In this document: one piece after another, positions 53,483-62,045 of the stretch
Layout of the letters: each line of letters opens with the position of its first letter
Numbering within the stretch: position 1 is the stretch's first letter
Source: Candidatus Izemoplasmatales bacterium
Lineage (GTDB): Bacteria; Bacillota_I; Bacilli_A; Izemoplasmatales; Hujiaoplasmataceae
Assembly (NCBI GenBank): GCA_050949045.1
Contig: JBMNEZ010000001.1
Location: forward strand, 108,716 to 172,715
Length of the DNA stretch: 64,000 bases
Reading direction: 5' to 3'
The notes under the pieces: generated by a model
The model's database searches: none
What the model saw: only the letters and a program-made list of their open reading frames with translations
Told to the model about the DNA's origin: nothing
Translations under genes and position numbers: made by a program

Positions 53483-54838
53483 TCAAGTTTCCGCACGAGG
53501 AATGGGAATCAAAATGATCAAGCGAAACCAGTTGTTGCTAGTTGTGATTGAGACGTTTCCTCCGTACTTTTCGACGGTGCTTTTGATACTTTTGAGCCTG
53601 TATCCATGGAAGCGAGTGTCTTTCTTGGTAGTAACGAAATTTCCATGAGAGATTTGAAGCGGATTCAAGTAAAAGTTCTCGAACCGAATCAACAACAATT
53701 CATTTTCTGCATAGGTTGCAATTTTGATCAATCGCTTCTCTTTGTCATCGATTTTGAGGACGCTTTCGATCGCATTGTCAATCGCATTTCCGAAGATCGA
53801 ACAAAGATCCATCGCCGAAATGAAATTTAACAGTTTTCCATCTGCGATACAAGTAACGATGATATTATTATCGAGACAAGTGATCAGTTTTGATGTCAAG
53901 ATCGTGTCAAGAACCTCATTCCCAGTCTTATACTGGGCCTCGTAATACTTGATGCTGTTCTCCAAATCTTCTAGATATTTTTTACGGATGTCAGCGTCTT
54001 TTTCAGTACGGATGGCGATGATTTGGTTCTTCAAATCATGATATTTCTGATTGATGATATTGATACTGTCTTGTGATATGCGATATTGCTCGTATTGTTT
54101 ATACAAGAGGGTTTCCATTGCATTAAGATCCATTTTTGACTTAACATTTAATTTGTGCTCTCTTTGGGAGTAAAGAATCAAGATTCCGGCGAAATCGACA
54201 AGCATGCGGATAATTAAAATTTCAGTAGGGTATCTGCCGGAAAGAGGTGTATTGGAACTAATAAAACTGATATTGCTGATGAGAAAGATCATGATGCCGA
54301 TGCTGGCAAAAGATAAAAAATCGTTTCGATTAACCTCAATGGTTATTCCTTTTTTCAAATAGCGAGATTCGATCATCAAGAAAACCAGAAAGACAAGTCC
54401 ATAAATCAAGACTAAAAACAACTCATCAAAAAAAACAAAAGAAATATTGAAAGTCCGAATAGTATAACGATACATATGCCAGTAAAGAGAGGTAGCGAAC
54501 TCAGAAATCACGAAAGCAAGAACCGTGATGTATCCCGCGTTGTTAATACTTTGCTTAGTTGTAGTATAGATGAAAAGAAACATTAACAGAAAAGCAAAGA
54601 TCGTTCTCAGAATCCATAGTTTCAGTGGGAAAGTACTTGTCAGCAATTGAAAACCGATCATTGTGATAGCAAAACCGACAATTGTTAAATACAAAATGAC
54701 TTTCTTAAGGCGTTTTTTGGCAAGTATGATAAAAATTAAACAAAACAGCCATTCTGCAATTCCGGCATATAATCTGATTCTGGTATATAATTCGATTCTG
54801 GCAAATAATCCGGGAATAATAAGTAACAATTCGGTCAT
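53483..54838 (-). CDS. Sensor histidine kinase, AgrC/HPK10-like, TCS 2
   Basis: Polytopic N-terminus. H-box YHDLKNQI, N-box FGNAIDNAIES, G-box region FHGYRLKSI (second Gly replaced). ATGA overlap with the response-regulator gene. Confidence 0.8.
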   Translation of the reverse strand: MTELLLIIPGLFARIELYTRIRLYAGIAEWLFCLIFIILAKKRLKKVILYLTIVGFAITMIGFQLLTSTFPLKLWILRTIFAFLLMFLFIYTTTKQSINNAGYITVLAFVISEFATSLYWHMYRYTIRTFNISFVFFDELFLVLIYGLVFLVFLMIESRYLKKGITIEVNRNDFLSFASIGIMIFLISNISFISSNTPLSGRYPTEILIIRMLVDFAGILILYSQREHKLNVKSKMDLNAMETLLYKQYEQYRISQDSINIINQKYHDLKNQIIAIRTEKDADIRKKYLEDLENSIKYYEAQYKTGNEVLDTILTSKLITCLDNNIIVTCIADGKLLNFISAMDLCSIFGNAIDNAIESVLKIDDKEKRLIKIATYAENELLLIRFENFYLNPLQISHGNFVTTKKDTRFHGYRLKSIKSTVEKYGGNVSITTSNNWFRLIILIPIPRAET

Positions 54839-55545
54839 GCTTTGCCTCCAAAATGATTAGCTAAGGCTTCGAGAAATTCCTTTTTTCTAGGTCTGCTAAT
54901 CTTGAGTTCGGCATTGTTGACGATCACGAAATCACCTTTGACACCCTTGACTTTATCAAGGTTGACAAGGAAACAGTTGTTACACCTGAAAAACTGGCCT
55001 TCATTCAACTCCCCTTCAATCTTCTTCAAGGGCATTCTTAATGTGTGATCTCCGTTTTTTTCGTGAACGATTAGATAATGTTTCATCGTTTCAACATAAA
55101 ATATTTCGTTGATGTTGACACGCACAACGCCGTCTTTGGTTGTTAGGAGAAGTGATTTGTCTTTTCGCGATTTAATTTTGGTGATTGAGTAACTGATCTC
55201 TTGTGAAAAAGCGAAGTAGGGGACCGGTTTCAGCAAGAAACTGTGTGCCTTGACTTCATATCCTTTTATTGCATACTGAGGCATATTGGTGATGAAGATG
55301 ATGATGACTTCTTTGTCAAACTCACGGATTTTCTTAGCGGCCGACATTCCATCAAGGCGTTTCATCTCAATGTCTAAAAGGATGATATCGTAATTCGGCT
55401 TATAGTAAGTTGCGATCTCATCACCATCTTGAAACTTTGTGATGTCTATGATGACATCATTTTCTTTTTCATACCTTTTGAGCAATTTTTCAAGGACATC
55501 CATGCATTCGGGATTGTCTTCGACGATTGCGACCTTGATTCTCAT
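54835..55545 (-). CDS. LytTR-family response regulator, TCS 2
   Basis: Receiver domain (KVAIVEDN...IILLDIEMKRLDGMS). C-terminal LytTR block (FFRCNNCFLVNLDKV). Paralogue of 35238-35954. Confidence 0.85.
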   Translation of the reverse strand: MRIKVAIVEDNPECMDVLEKLLKRYEKENDVIIDITKFQDGDEIATYYKPNYDIILLDIEMKRLDGMSAAKKIREFDKEVIIIFITNMPQYAIKGYEVKAHSFLLKPVPYFAFSQEISYSITKIKSRKDKSLLLTTKDGVVRVNINEIFYVETMKHYLIVHEKNGDHTLRMPLKKIEGELNEGQFFRCNNCFLVNLDKVKGVKGDFVIVNNAELKISRPRKKEFLEALANHFGGKA

Positions 55546-55780
55546 TGTTCACCTCTAGACATAAGGAGATCAGTTACTTTTTTCAATCGTTATAACAAAA
55601 TGATGCTAACTATTGAAAAACAAACTCAGATACTGTAAAGGCATTGGTAAGACGCTGTACTCGGTGGGGAAAGACCATGCCGGTAATAGAGAGCCCCATT
55701 TAGCAGACTTTAATAAAAAAGGGGTAATAAGCAACACCAATAGTTTATTGAATTGCTTTCTAATCAGGTAGACCCTATTT
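55542..55780 (-). pseudogene. lgt: Decayed remnant of lgt (patchwork of ~235 nt of an ~820-nt gene)
   Basis: Four collinear patches match the intact lgt: 55542-55570 to 59640-59668 (including the stop), 55622-55660 to 59731-59770, 55664-55685 to 59988-60010, and 55726-55775 to 60291-60340. Deletions of ~215 and ~240 nt separate them. Confidence 0.65.
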
Positions 55781-55884
55781 TTTGACCCTTATGGCTATAC
55801 ATAACAACCGGCTTGTCAAACCGACTATTTTAATATCATATAAATGTAACGAAGCAACTATAGATAACGAATTCGAATAATGGA

Positions 55885-56922
55885 TTAACCCAGTTTGATA
55901 CGGCGAGTCAATATTTTATATCCGGCGGTCATTATGATGCCCCTGAGACGCCAGGGCAGCCAATTGACTATCACAGGCATTCCCCTCCATCTAAGGAAAC
56001 GGTAGAGATCACGGTCACGATCCTTGACATATTTCCATAATTTAGACAAGGCTTGGCGCCGTTCTTTTCCGTCTTTTGCGACCGTGAAGAAGATCGTGAT
56101 CATCATGATGGCCGACAGACAGTGAAGCATATATCTTCTAAGACCTTTCTCCATCTTCATGATTTGGGCATAACTATGTGCGTTGATCATTTCCTTCATC
56201 ACTCTGATTTGCTGGTCATATCGGTTGGTGAAAACACGGATATTGACGGATTGATCCACACGTCCGATGAAGTAGTGATAAAGGTTGATGTCAAGATAGT
56301 AGAGATTCTGCATTTCTGGAAGCGGGGCATAGGAATAGATATTGTCGACATAAAACGTATGGTGAGGCAACTTAAGCCCGCTTTTGCGCAATTTTTCTGT
56401 TTTGTAGGTCAGCGAATGCATCATGATGACCTGGGCGGCATAAAATTTTCCAACTTGTGACCATCTTAAAAAGCAGTTGCTTTTGAAATGGCGTGAGAAG
56501 CGCCTGACAAAAAATTTGCCCTCATTAACTTTGTCATAGACAAAGTTCGTAATGTAGAGGTCTGGCAGTTTCTTTTCCAAAAGGTGCTCTTTGATTGTCG
56601 ATAGCAATGTATGAAGTGACGACGTGTCAAGCCAGTCGTCGGAATCGACAACTTTGAAATAGAGTCCGGTCGCATTTTCCAAGCCGGCATTTACACCAGA
56701 TCCGTGGCCACCATTGGCTTGGGAGATCACCTTGACGATATTTGGGTATTTTTTTTCATATTGACGGGCAATCTTTTCAGTGCCATCGGTCGACCCATCA
56801 TTAATGATGATGATCTCGACCTCGTCGCCGCCGGGGATCAACGAATCCAAGCAATGTGACAAATAAGCTTCGGAATTATACGCGGGCACAGCGAATGTAA
56901 GAAACTTTTCTTTAGGCGCCAT
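55885..56922 (-). CDS. Family 2 glycosyltransferase
   Basis: FAVPAYNSEAYL...IIINDGSTDGT...VVDSDDWLD (GT-A fold, DxD). AAGGAAG ribosome-binding site. Confidence 0.85.
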   Translation of the reverse strand: MAPKEKFLTFAVPAYNSEAYLSHCLDSLIPGGDEVEIIIINDGSTDGTEKIARQYEKKYPNIVKVISQANGGHGSGVNAGLENATGLYFKVVDSDDWLDTSSLHTLLSTIKEHLLEKKLPDLYITNFVYDKVNEGKFFVRRFSRHFKSNCFLRWSQVGKFYAAQVIMMHSLTYKTEKLRKSGLKLPHHTFYVDNIYSYAPLPEMQNLYYLDINLYHYFIGRVDQSVNIRVFTNRYDQQIRVMKEMINAHSYAQIMKMEKGLRRYMLHCLSAIMMITIFFTVAKDGKERRQALSKLWKYVKDRDRDLYRFLRWRGMPVIVNWLPWRLRGIIMTAGYKILTRRIKLG

Positions 56923-56925
56923 TGA

Positions 56926-56961
56926 CTAATCTTCCTTTTCGGTCATTTTTTCTTTACTCAT
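56926..56961 (-). pseudogene. 11-codon vestige of gtrA 5' end between GH3 copy 2 and GT2
   Basis: ATGAGTAAAGAAAAAATGACCGAAAAGGAAGATTAG (MSKEKMTEKED*) aligns with the gtrA start ATGAGTGAAGAAAAAGAAATGGCCGAAGTTGAA (MSEEKEMAEVE). It has the same ATGA overlap with the GH3 stop. Confidence 0.7.
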
Positions 56962-59408
56962 ACACTTGTCGCTTGAGTTTTCTTTGCTTTATTTTTCTTT
57001 GAACGTTTTCTTCCTTCCGCAAAGAATTTGCCCAAGCCTTTGAAGAAGCGGCCGTTGAACATCATGATCAGGCCATCAAGCTGTCCCATGGTGATCATCC
57101 CGCCGGACATATGGGCAAGCCCTCGCATTGGCAGATGGAGAACTCCCATTGCCAGAGTGTTGGATAATGATCTCATTCCAAAGAAACGAAGGAACTTGAT
57201 CGCGAAGCGGACGCCACCGGAAAAAGCTCTTCCGACCCACCGCTTGGAGTACCTCAACTGTTCAACGGTCGTGTTGTATCCAACAACGAGGCGGTTCTTT
57301 TTATAAAAATCATATGTTGCCTTCGGCACGGGACGGCCGAGGATGTTTTCGAATTCTTCGCTTGAGACGTCTTGGATCTTACCTGTCGTATAAAGAGGAA
57401 TCTTCGATAATGATACCGGCGACTTCAGTTCCGTTCCTGTGACAGAGACCACTTTGCTCAATTTGATATCTTGGGAGGAGGAGCCTACCATAATATCATA
57501 ATCCGCAGTCTCGACTTCCCATTGATTGGTGAGCGGATTATAGGTTTCAAAGGCTTCCTTGTCGAGCTTGATCTTGACTGTCTTGCTTTCTCCTGGGCGG
57601 AGTTCGACTTTTGAGAATCCTTTTAGTTCTTTTTGTGGGCGGTAAACTTTTGAGTTCTTCGCGCGAATATAAACTTGGACAACCTCTTTGCCGGGCATTT
57701 TTCCGGTGTTCTTGAGTTTGAAACTCACTTCTTCAAAAGAGGCCGAGAGATCGGAATAAGCAAAAGAGGTATAGGACAGACCATAGCCGAATGGATATCT
57801 GGGTTTGACGCCGGCAGTATCGAAGTAGCGGTAACCGACATATAGGCCTTCGCGGTATTCGGCAGTCATCTGTTTGCCGGGATAATTTTGGGAAGTGGGC
57901 GTATCCTCATATTTGAAGGGAATCGTTTCGGAGAGTTTCCCCGAGGGATTCACCTTTCCGACAAGGATATTCAGTGCAGCTCTTGCGCCGGCTTGCCCTG
58001 CAAGCGAAGTATGGAGGATAGCGTCTGAACGATCCGCAAAATCCATTTCAACGGCACTGCCGCAAGCTAGGACAACGACAAGTTTCTTGCCGAGGCTGGC
58101 GAGTTTGTCGAACAACTCCATCTGATTAAGCGGCAGTTTGAGATTGCTGCGGTCGATTCCTTCGACTTCGTTAAATTCGTCAAGACCGATATACAACAAG
58201 ATTGTGTCTGCTTTCTTGGCAAGTTTGACTGCTTTTCTGATTCGACAGCTGCTTTTTCTGCCATAGCGACTATAACCCTGCTCGTAACCAACGTATTGAA
58301 GATCATACTCACCAATGGCGTCAACGGCATTGTCCAGCTTTGTCGGATTTACTATTGAAGATCCGGCTCCCTGATAACGAGGTTTCTTGGCGAAGTCACC
58401 GATGATGGCGACTTTCTCCTGTGACTTAAGCGGGAGAGCGCCCTTGTCATTTTTTAAAAGGACGATTGACTCTTCCGCGATCTTCTGCGCTAACAGGTGA
58501 TTGGCTTCGTTATCAATAACGACCTTGCTTTCCTTGACAGCTTTGCTTGTGTCAAAGATCAAAGTCAATAGTCTATCAAGGTTCTCGTCAAGCAGCGATT
58601 CGGGGATGGTTCCGTTTTTGACAGCCGCGACGATTTCGTCATTTGTCTCTCCGCCTGTGGTTGGCATTTCCAATTCATTTCCGGCTATCAATCCCTTAAC
58701 CCGGTCGTTCGATCCGCCCCAGTCGCTGACGACAACTCCCGGGTACTTCCATTCTCCACGAAGGATGTCTCGCATAAGGGGGATATTCTCATTGGTATAT
58801 TCGCCGTTGACTTTGTTGTAAGAGGACATGATGACTTTCGGCTTTCCTTCTTTGATGCCGATTTCAAACGGTCTGAGGTAGATTTCTCTCAAGGTGCGTT
58901 CATCGATGATTGAATCAACGGCCATCCTTCGGAATTCCTGATTGTTGGCGGCGAAGTGTTTCAAACAGCCGGAAACACCGGCTGACTGGATTCCTCTGAT
59001 GTAAGCGGCGGCCATCTTTCCGGCAAGCAGGGGATCTTCGCTGAAATACTCGAAGTTACGTCCGCAGAGCGGGTTTCTTTTGATGTTGATTCCCGGGCCA
59101 AGGACAACGTTGACTTTCTGGCTGACTGCCTCTTTGCCGAGAGAAGTACCCAGCTCCTCACCGAGTTTTTCATCCCAGCTATTGGCGACAGTGGCGGAAG
59201 TTGGATAGCACGTTGCCGGAATACTGGCATTTAGCCCTAACTGGTCGGCAGCGGCCGCTTGTTTCCTTAGACCGTGGGGCCCATCCGAAAGAAAAATACT
59301 GGGAATTCCGAGTTTCTCCAGATTCATTGTGGTCCAGAAGTCTTTACCTGACATAAAAGAGGCTTTTTCTTCCAAAGTCATTTTCTGGATGATTGCTTGA
59401 TTTTTCAT
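56958..59408 (-). CDS. Cytoplasmic GH3 beta-glucosidase-like enzyme, canonical domain order, copy 2 (816 aa)
   Basis: Same motifs as copy 1. GGAGGA ribosome-binding site. It differs from copy 1 by S->N in GLDEF(S/N)EVEG and in the last ~20 residues. Confidence 0.9.
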   Translation of the reverse strand: MKNQAIIQKMTLEEKASFMSGKDFWTTMNLEKLGIPSIFLSDGPHGLRKQAAAADQLGLNASIPATCYPTSATVANSWDEKLGEELGTSLGKEAVSQKVNVVLGPGINIKRNPLCGRNFEYFSEDPLLAGKMAAAYIRGIQSAGVSGCLKHFAANNQEFRRMAVDSIIDERTLREIYLRPFEIGIKEGKPKVIMSSYNKVNGEYTNENIPLMRDILRGEWKYPGVVVSDWGGSNDRVKGLIAGNELEMPTTGGETNDEIVAAVKNGTIPESLLDENLDRLLTLIFDTSKAVKESKVVIDNEANHLLAQKIAEESIVLLKNDKGALPLKSQEKVAIIGDFAKKPRYQGAGSSIVNPTKLDNAVDAIGEYDLQYVGYEQGYSRYGRKSSCRIRKAVKLAKKADTILLYIGLDEFNEVEGIDRSNLKLPLNQMELFDKLASLGKKLVVVLACGSAVEMDFADRSDAILHTSLAGQAGARAALNILVGKVNPSGKLSETIPFKYEDTPTSQNYPGKQMTAEYREGLYVGYRYFDTAGVKPRYPFGYGLSYTSFAYSDLSASFEEVSFKLKNTGKMPGKEVVQVYIRAKNSKVYRPQKELKGFSKVELRPGESKTVKIKLDKEAFETYNPLTNQWEVETADYDIMVGSSSQDIKLSKVVSVTGTELKSPVSLSKIPLYTTGKIQDVSSEEFENILGRPVPKATYDFYKKNRLVVGYNTTVEQLRYSKRWVGRAFSGGVRFAIKFLRFFGMRSLSNTLAMGVLHLPMRGLAHMSGGMITMGQLDGLIMMFNGRFFKGLGKFFAEGRKRSKKNKAKKTQATSV

Positions 59409-59424
59409 AATTAAGGATCCTCCA
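56984..59424. repeat. Segmental duplication copy 2 (partner 50905-53345)
   Basis: See copy 1. Confidence 0.9.
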
Positions 59425-59497
59425 ATTTGTATTAAATTTTAAATAATACCAGCAACTATGTCTTTTAAAGGATTTAGCGCTGACATCTATTACTGAT

Positions 59498-59506
59498 ATT
59501 CTATCA
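59498..59506 (-). promoter_or_regulatory. Extended -10 (TGaTAGAAT) upstream of GH3 copy 2
   Basis: Conserved with 53415-53423. Confidence 0.4.
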
Positions 59507-59598
59507 TAAATACAAGAATGCATGCCATAATAATAATGAAATTTACTATTGTTAAAATTTTAGCGTATTGATAATAAAGATTAAAAATGACTTTCTTG

Positions 59599-59643
59599 TC
59601 AATTTCGTGGAATTTCTTCGATGAACACGAAAATGATTCTCAT
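59599..59643 (-). pseudogene. 14-codon vestige of a LytTR response-regulator 5' end immediately after lgt
   Basis: ATGAGAATCATTTTCGTGTTCATCGAAGAAATTCC... (MRIIFVFIEEIPRN*) aligns with the RR2 start ATGAGAATCAAGGTCGCAATCGTCGAAGACAATCC (MRIKVAIVEDNP). It has the same ATGA overlap with the lgt stop as seen at 55542-55545. Confidence 0.6.
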
Positions 59644-60455
59644 TGTTCACTTTTAGAAATAGGCAAGTCAGTTGCCTTCTTGTTTGTTTTTGCTTTGCAT
59701 AGCAAAATGATGCCAGTTATCATGAGTAAGAAACTCAAATACTGTGAAGGGGTTGGAAAAACATTGTGTTCAGTGGTGATGAAGCCAAAGATACTGCCGC
59801 GGTCGTCTCCGCGGATCAGTTCCAACAATATCCTCCAGCCGCCGTAGGCGATAAGATATGTTTCCAGTTGATAACCCCTCAAGCATTTGAGATTGGCAAG
59901 CACGAAAAACAAAACGAACAGAAATAACGCTTCGAACAACTGAACCGGAAAGAGAGGAATTCCAGGAAAGGCATCATGAGCATGGCCGTGGGGAAAGACC
60001 ACACCGAGAAAGGAATCAGTCGGAATTCCGTAACAACAGCCGGCTAGGAAACAACCGATCCGACCAAAGGCATGCGCAAGGACAACACCGATGATCACAG
60101 TGTCCATAATGCTTTTTATGCCTCTGTTATCAGCTTTATAGACGAACTTCAAGAGAACAAGCAAACAGGCGACGCCGCCGATAAGGCCACCGAGGAAAGA
60201 GATCGTTCCGAAAGACCACTTGCCCTCTTTGATGGAATGGAATATCCCATCGAACAAGAATGAGGAGAACAAAGCGAATAACAAAGAGACAATAAGCAAC
60301 ACCAATAGTTTATTGGATTGCTTTCTATTCAGCCCGTCATGATTCTCGAGTCTTCTGGCAACGAAAACGAGCATTAACAATACTCCCACACAAATCATCA
60401 AGTCATATAGAGGAATAGTATAGCCGAACACTTCCGGCAACAAGAATGGATACAT
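59640..60455 (-). CDS. lgt: Prolipoprotein diacylglyceryl transferase
   Basis: I moved the start to MYPFLLPEVFGY (AAGGAGGGG 4 nt upstream). Lgt-type blocks GRIGCFLAGCCYG, FPVQLFEA and YGGWRILLELIRGD. Confidence 0.8.
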   Translation of the reverse strand: MYPFLLPEVFGYTIPLYDLMICVGVLLMLVFVARRLENHDGLNRKQSNKLLVLLIVSLLFALFSSFLFDGIFHSIKEGKWSFGTISFLGGLIGGVACLLVLLKFVYKADNRGIKSIMDTVIIGVVLAHAFGRIGCFLAGCCYGIPTDSFLGVVFPHGHAHDAFPGIPLFPVQLFEALFLFVLFFVLANLKCLRGYQLETYLIAYGGWRILLELIRGDDRGSIFGFITTEHNVFPTPSQYLSFLLMITGIILLCKAKTNKKATDLPISKSEQ

Positions 60456-60597
60456 GGGACCCCTCCTTATCAAATATTGTATCATTTGTTGGCATATTCA
60501 CGCACTCTCTTTAATGAATTAGGTATGAAAATATTGTTTGAGAAGGATTTTCATCATCTCATCGACAGAATCAATATAGATGTATGATAAAATATAA

Positions 60598-61752
60598 TTG
60601 AATGATACGATAGAAAACAAAAATAAAAAAGGCAGGTGCATCATTATAAAAAAATATGATTATTTGATTGTTGGTTGTGGTTTGTTCGGAGCAACTTTCG
60701 CCGAAAAGATGCATAGTTTTGGAAAACGTTGTCTCATTATCGACAAGAGAGACCACATAGCGGGAAACGCCTATACAGAAAGAAAAAACGGCATTTTGGT
60801 TCATGTTTACGGAGCCCACATCTTTCATACCAATGACGAGGAAGTTTGGAACTATGTTAACCGTTTTTCCCGTTTTTCCCGTTTTATCAACTCGCCACTT
60901 GCGTATTACAAAGGCGAAATCTACAATCTTCCCTTCAACATGAACACCTTTTCAAAAATGTGGAAAATCACCACTCCCAAAGAAGCAAAAGAAATCATCG
61001 AAAAACAAAGAAAAGAGTACGGAGTTCCAAATCCGGTCAATCTGGAAGAACAAGCGATCAATTTGGTTGGGAAAGACATCTACGAGAAACTCATTAGAGG
61101 TTATACAATGAAACAATGGGGTGTCGATCCCAAAAAATTACCTCCTTCCATCATCAAACGGCTGCCGGTCAGATATACGTACGACAATAATTATTTTAAC
61201 GACTATTACCAAGGTATTCCCGAAAAAGGTTATACTGCTCTGGTCGAGAACATGATAAAGGGAATTGACCTGACCTTGAACGCCGATTACTTTGACAACA
61301 AATCCGTGTATGATGAATTAGCAGAAAAAATCGTTTATACGGGACCGATAGACCGTTTCTTTGACTATCGGTTTGGCCGACTTGGGTATCGTTCGCTTCG
61401 TTTCGAACACGAGCTGTTACCAATTGCTAATTTCCAAGGTAATGCCGTGGTTAACTACACGGATTTTGCGATACCCTATACAAGAATCATCGAACATAAA
61501 TTCTTTGAGAAAAATGATCAAGAAGAAACCATCGTCACCAGAGAGTATCCAGCCGATTTTACAAAGACAAAAGAACCCTATTATCCGATCAACGATGAGC
61601 ACAACACAAGAATTTATGAACAATATCGCGACCAAAGTAAAGATTATCCAAACATCATTTTTGGCGGCAGGTTGGCCGAGTATCGCTACTATGATATGCA
61701 TCATGTTATCAAGAGTGCACTCAATATGGCAAATATGCTTATGCATAAGTAA
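60598..61752 (+). CDS. glf: UDP-galactopyranose mutase
   Basis: YDYLIVGCGLFGATFA FAD fold, GAHIFHTND, and C-terminal FGGRLAEYRYYDMH. The start codon is uncertain: there is no good ribosome-binding site at 60598, so the true start may be a non-ATG codon a few codons before YDYLIVG. Confidence 0.85.
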   Translation: MNDTIENKNKKGRCIIIKKYDYLIVGCGLFGATFAEKMHSFGKRCLIIDKRDHIAGNAYTERKNGILVHVYGAHIFHTNDEEVWNYVNRFSRFSRFINSPLAYYKGEIYNLPFNMNTFSKMWKITTPKEAKEIIEKQRKEYGVPNPVNLEEQAINLVGKDIYEKLIRGYTMKQWGVDPKKLPPSIIKRLPVRYTYDNNYFNDYYQGIPEKGYTALVENMIKGIDLTLNADYFDNKSVYDELAEKIVYTGPIDRFFDYRFGRLGYRSLRFEHELLPIANFQGNAVVNYTDFAIPYTRIIEHKFFEKNDQEETIVTREYPADFTKTKEPYYPINDEHNTRIYEQYRDQSKDYPNIIFGGRLAEYRYYDMHHVIKSALNMANMLMHK

Positions 61753-61794
61753 GTAGATCTCTCAATTTTAAATACTTGGTCAAAAACAACAAAA

Positions 61795-61830
61795 AACTGT
61801 CAATTAAGTCCGATTGACAGTTTTATTTCT
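61795..61830 (+). terminator. glf terminator
   Basis: AACTGTCAAT, loop taagtccg, ATTGACAGTT, then TTATTTCTT. Confidence 0.75.
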
Positions 61831-62045
61831 TAGACGAATATTATGCTTACTTGCAAATGGCATTAGACGCTCATCCCACTCGCTGGGAGCGTTGCCTTTG
61901 CGGTTAATAATGAGCACATCACCGCCAAAACCAACAGTATTGATTAAAAAGGTAAAAATATCGGAAAGGTGGATTGAATTATTGTATAATCGGTTATATA
62001 ATTTATAATATAAAAACTTAATGATATTTTTAGAGGAGATTCATA

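Noticed and set aside
50905-59424. Duplicated 2.4-kb blocks considered as insertion sequences or a composite transposon.
   Set aside because: The repeated unit encodes a GH3 enzyme. There is no transposase, integrase, terminal inverted repeat or target-site duplication. The repeats are direct and part of a larger decayed tandem duplication.
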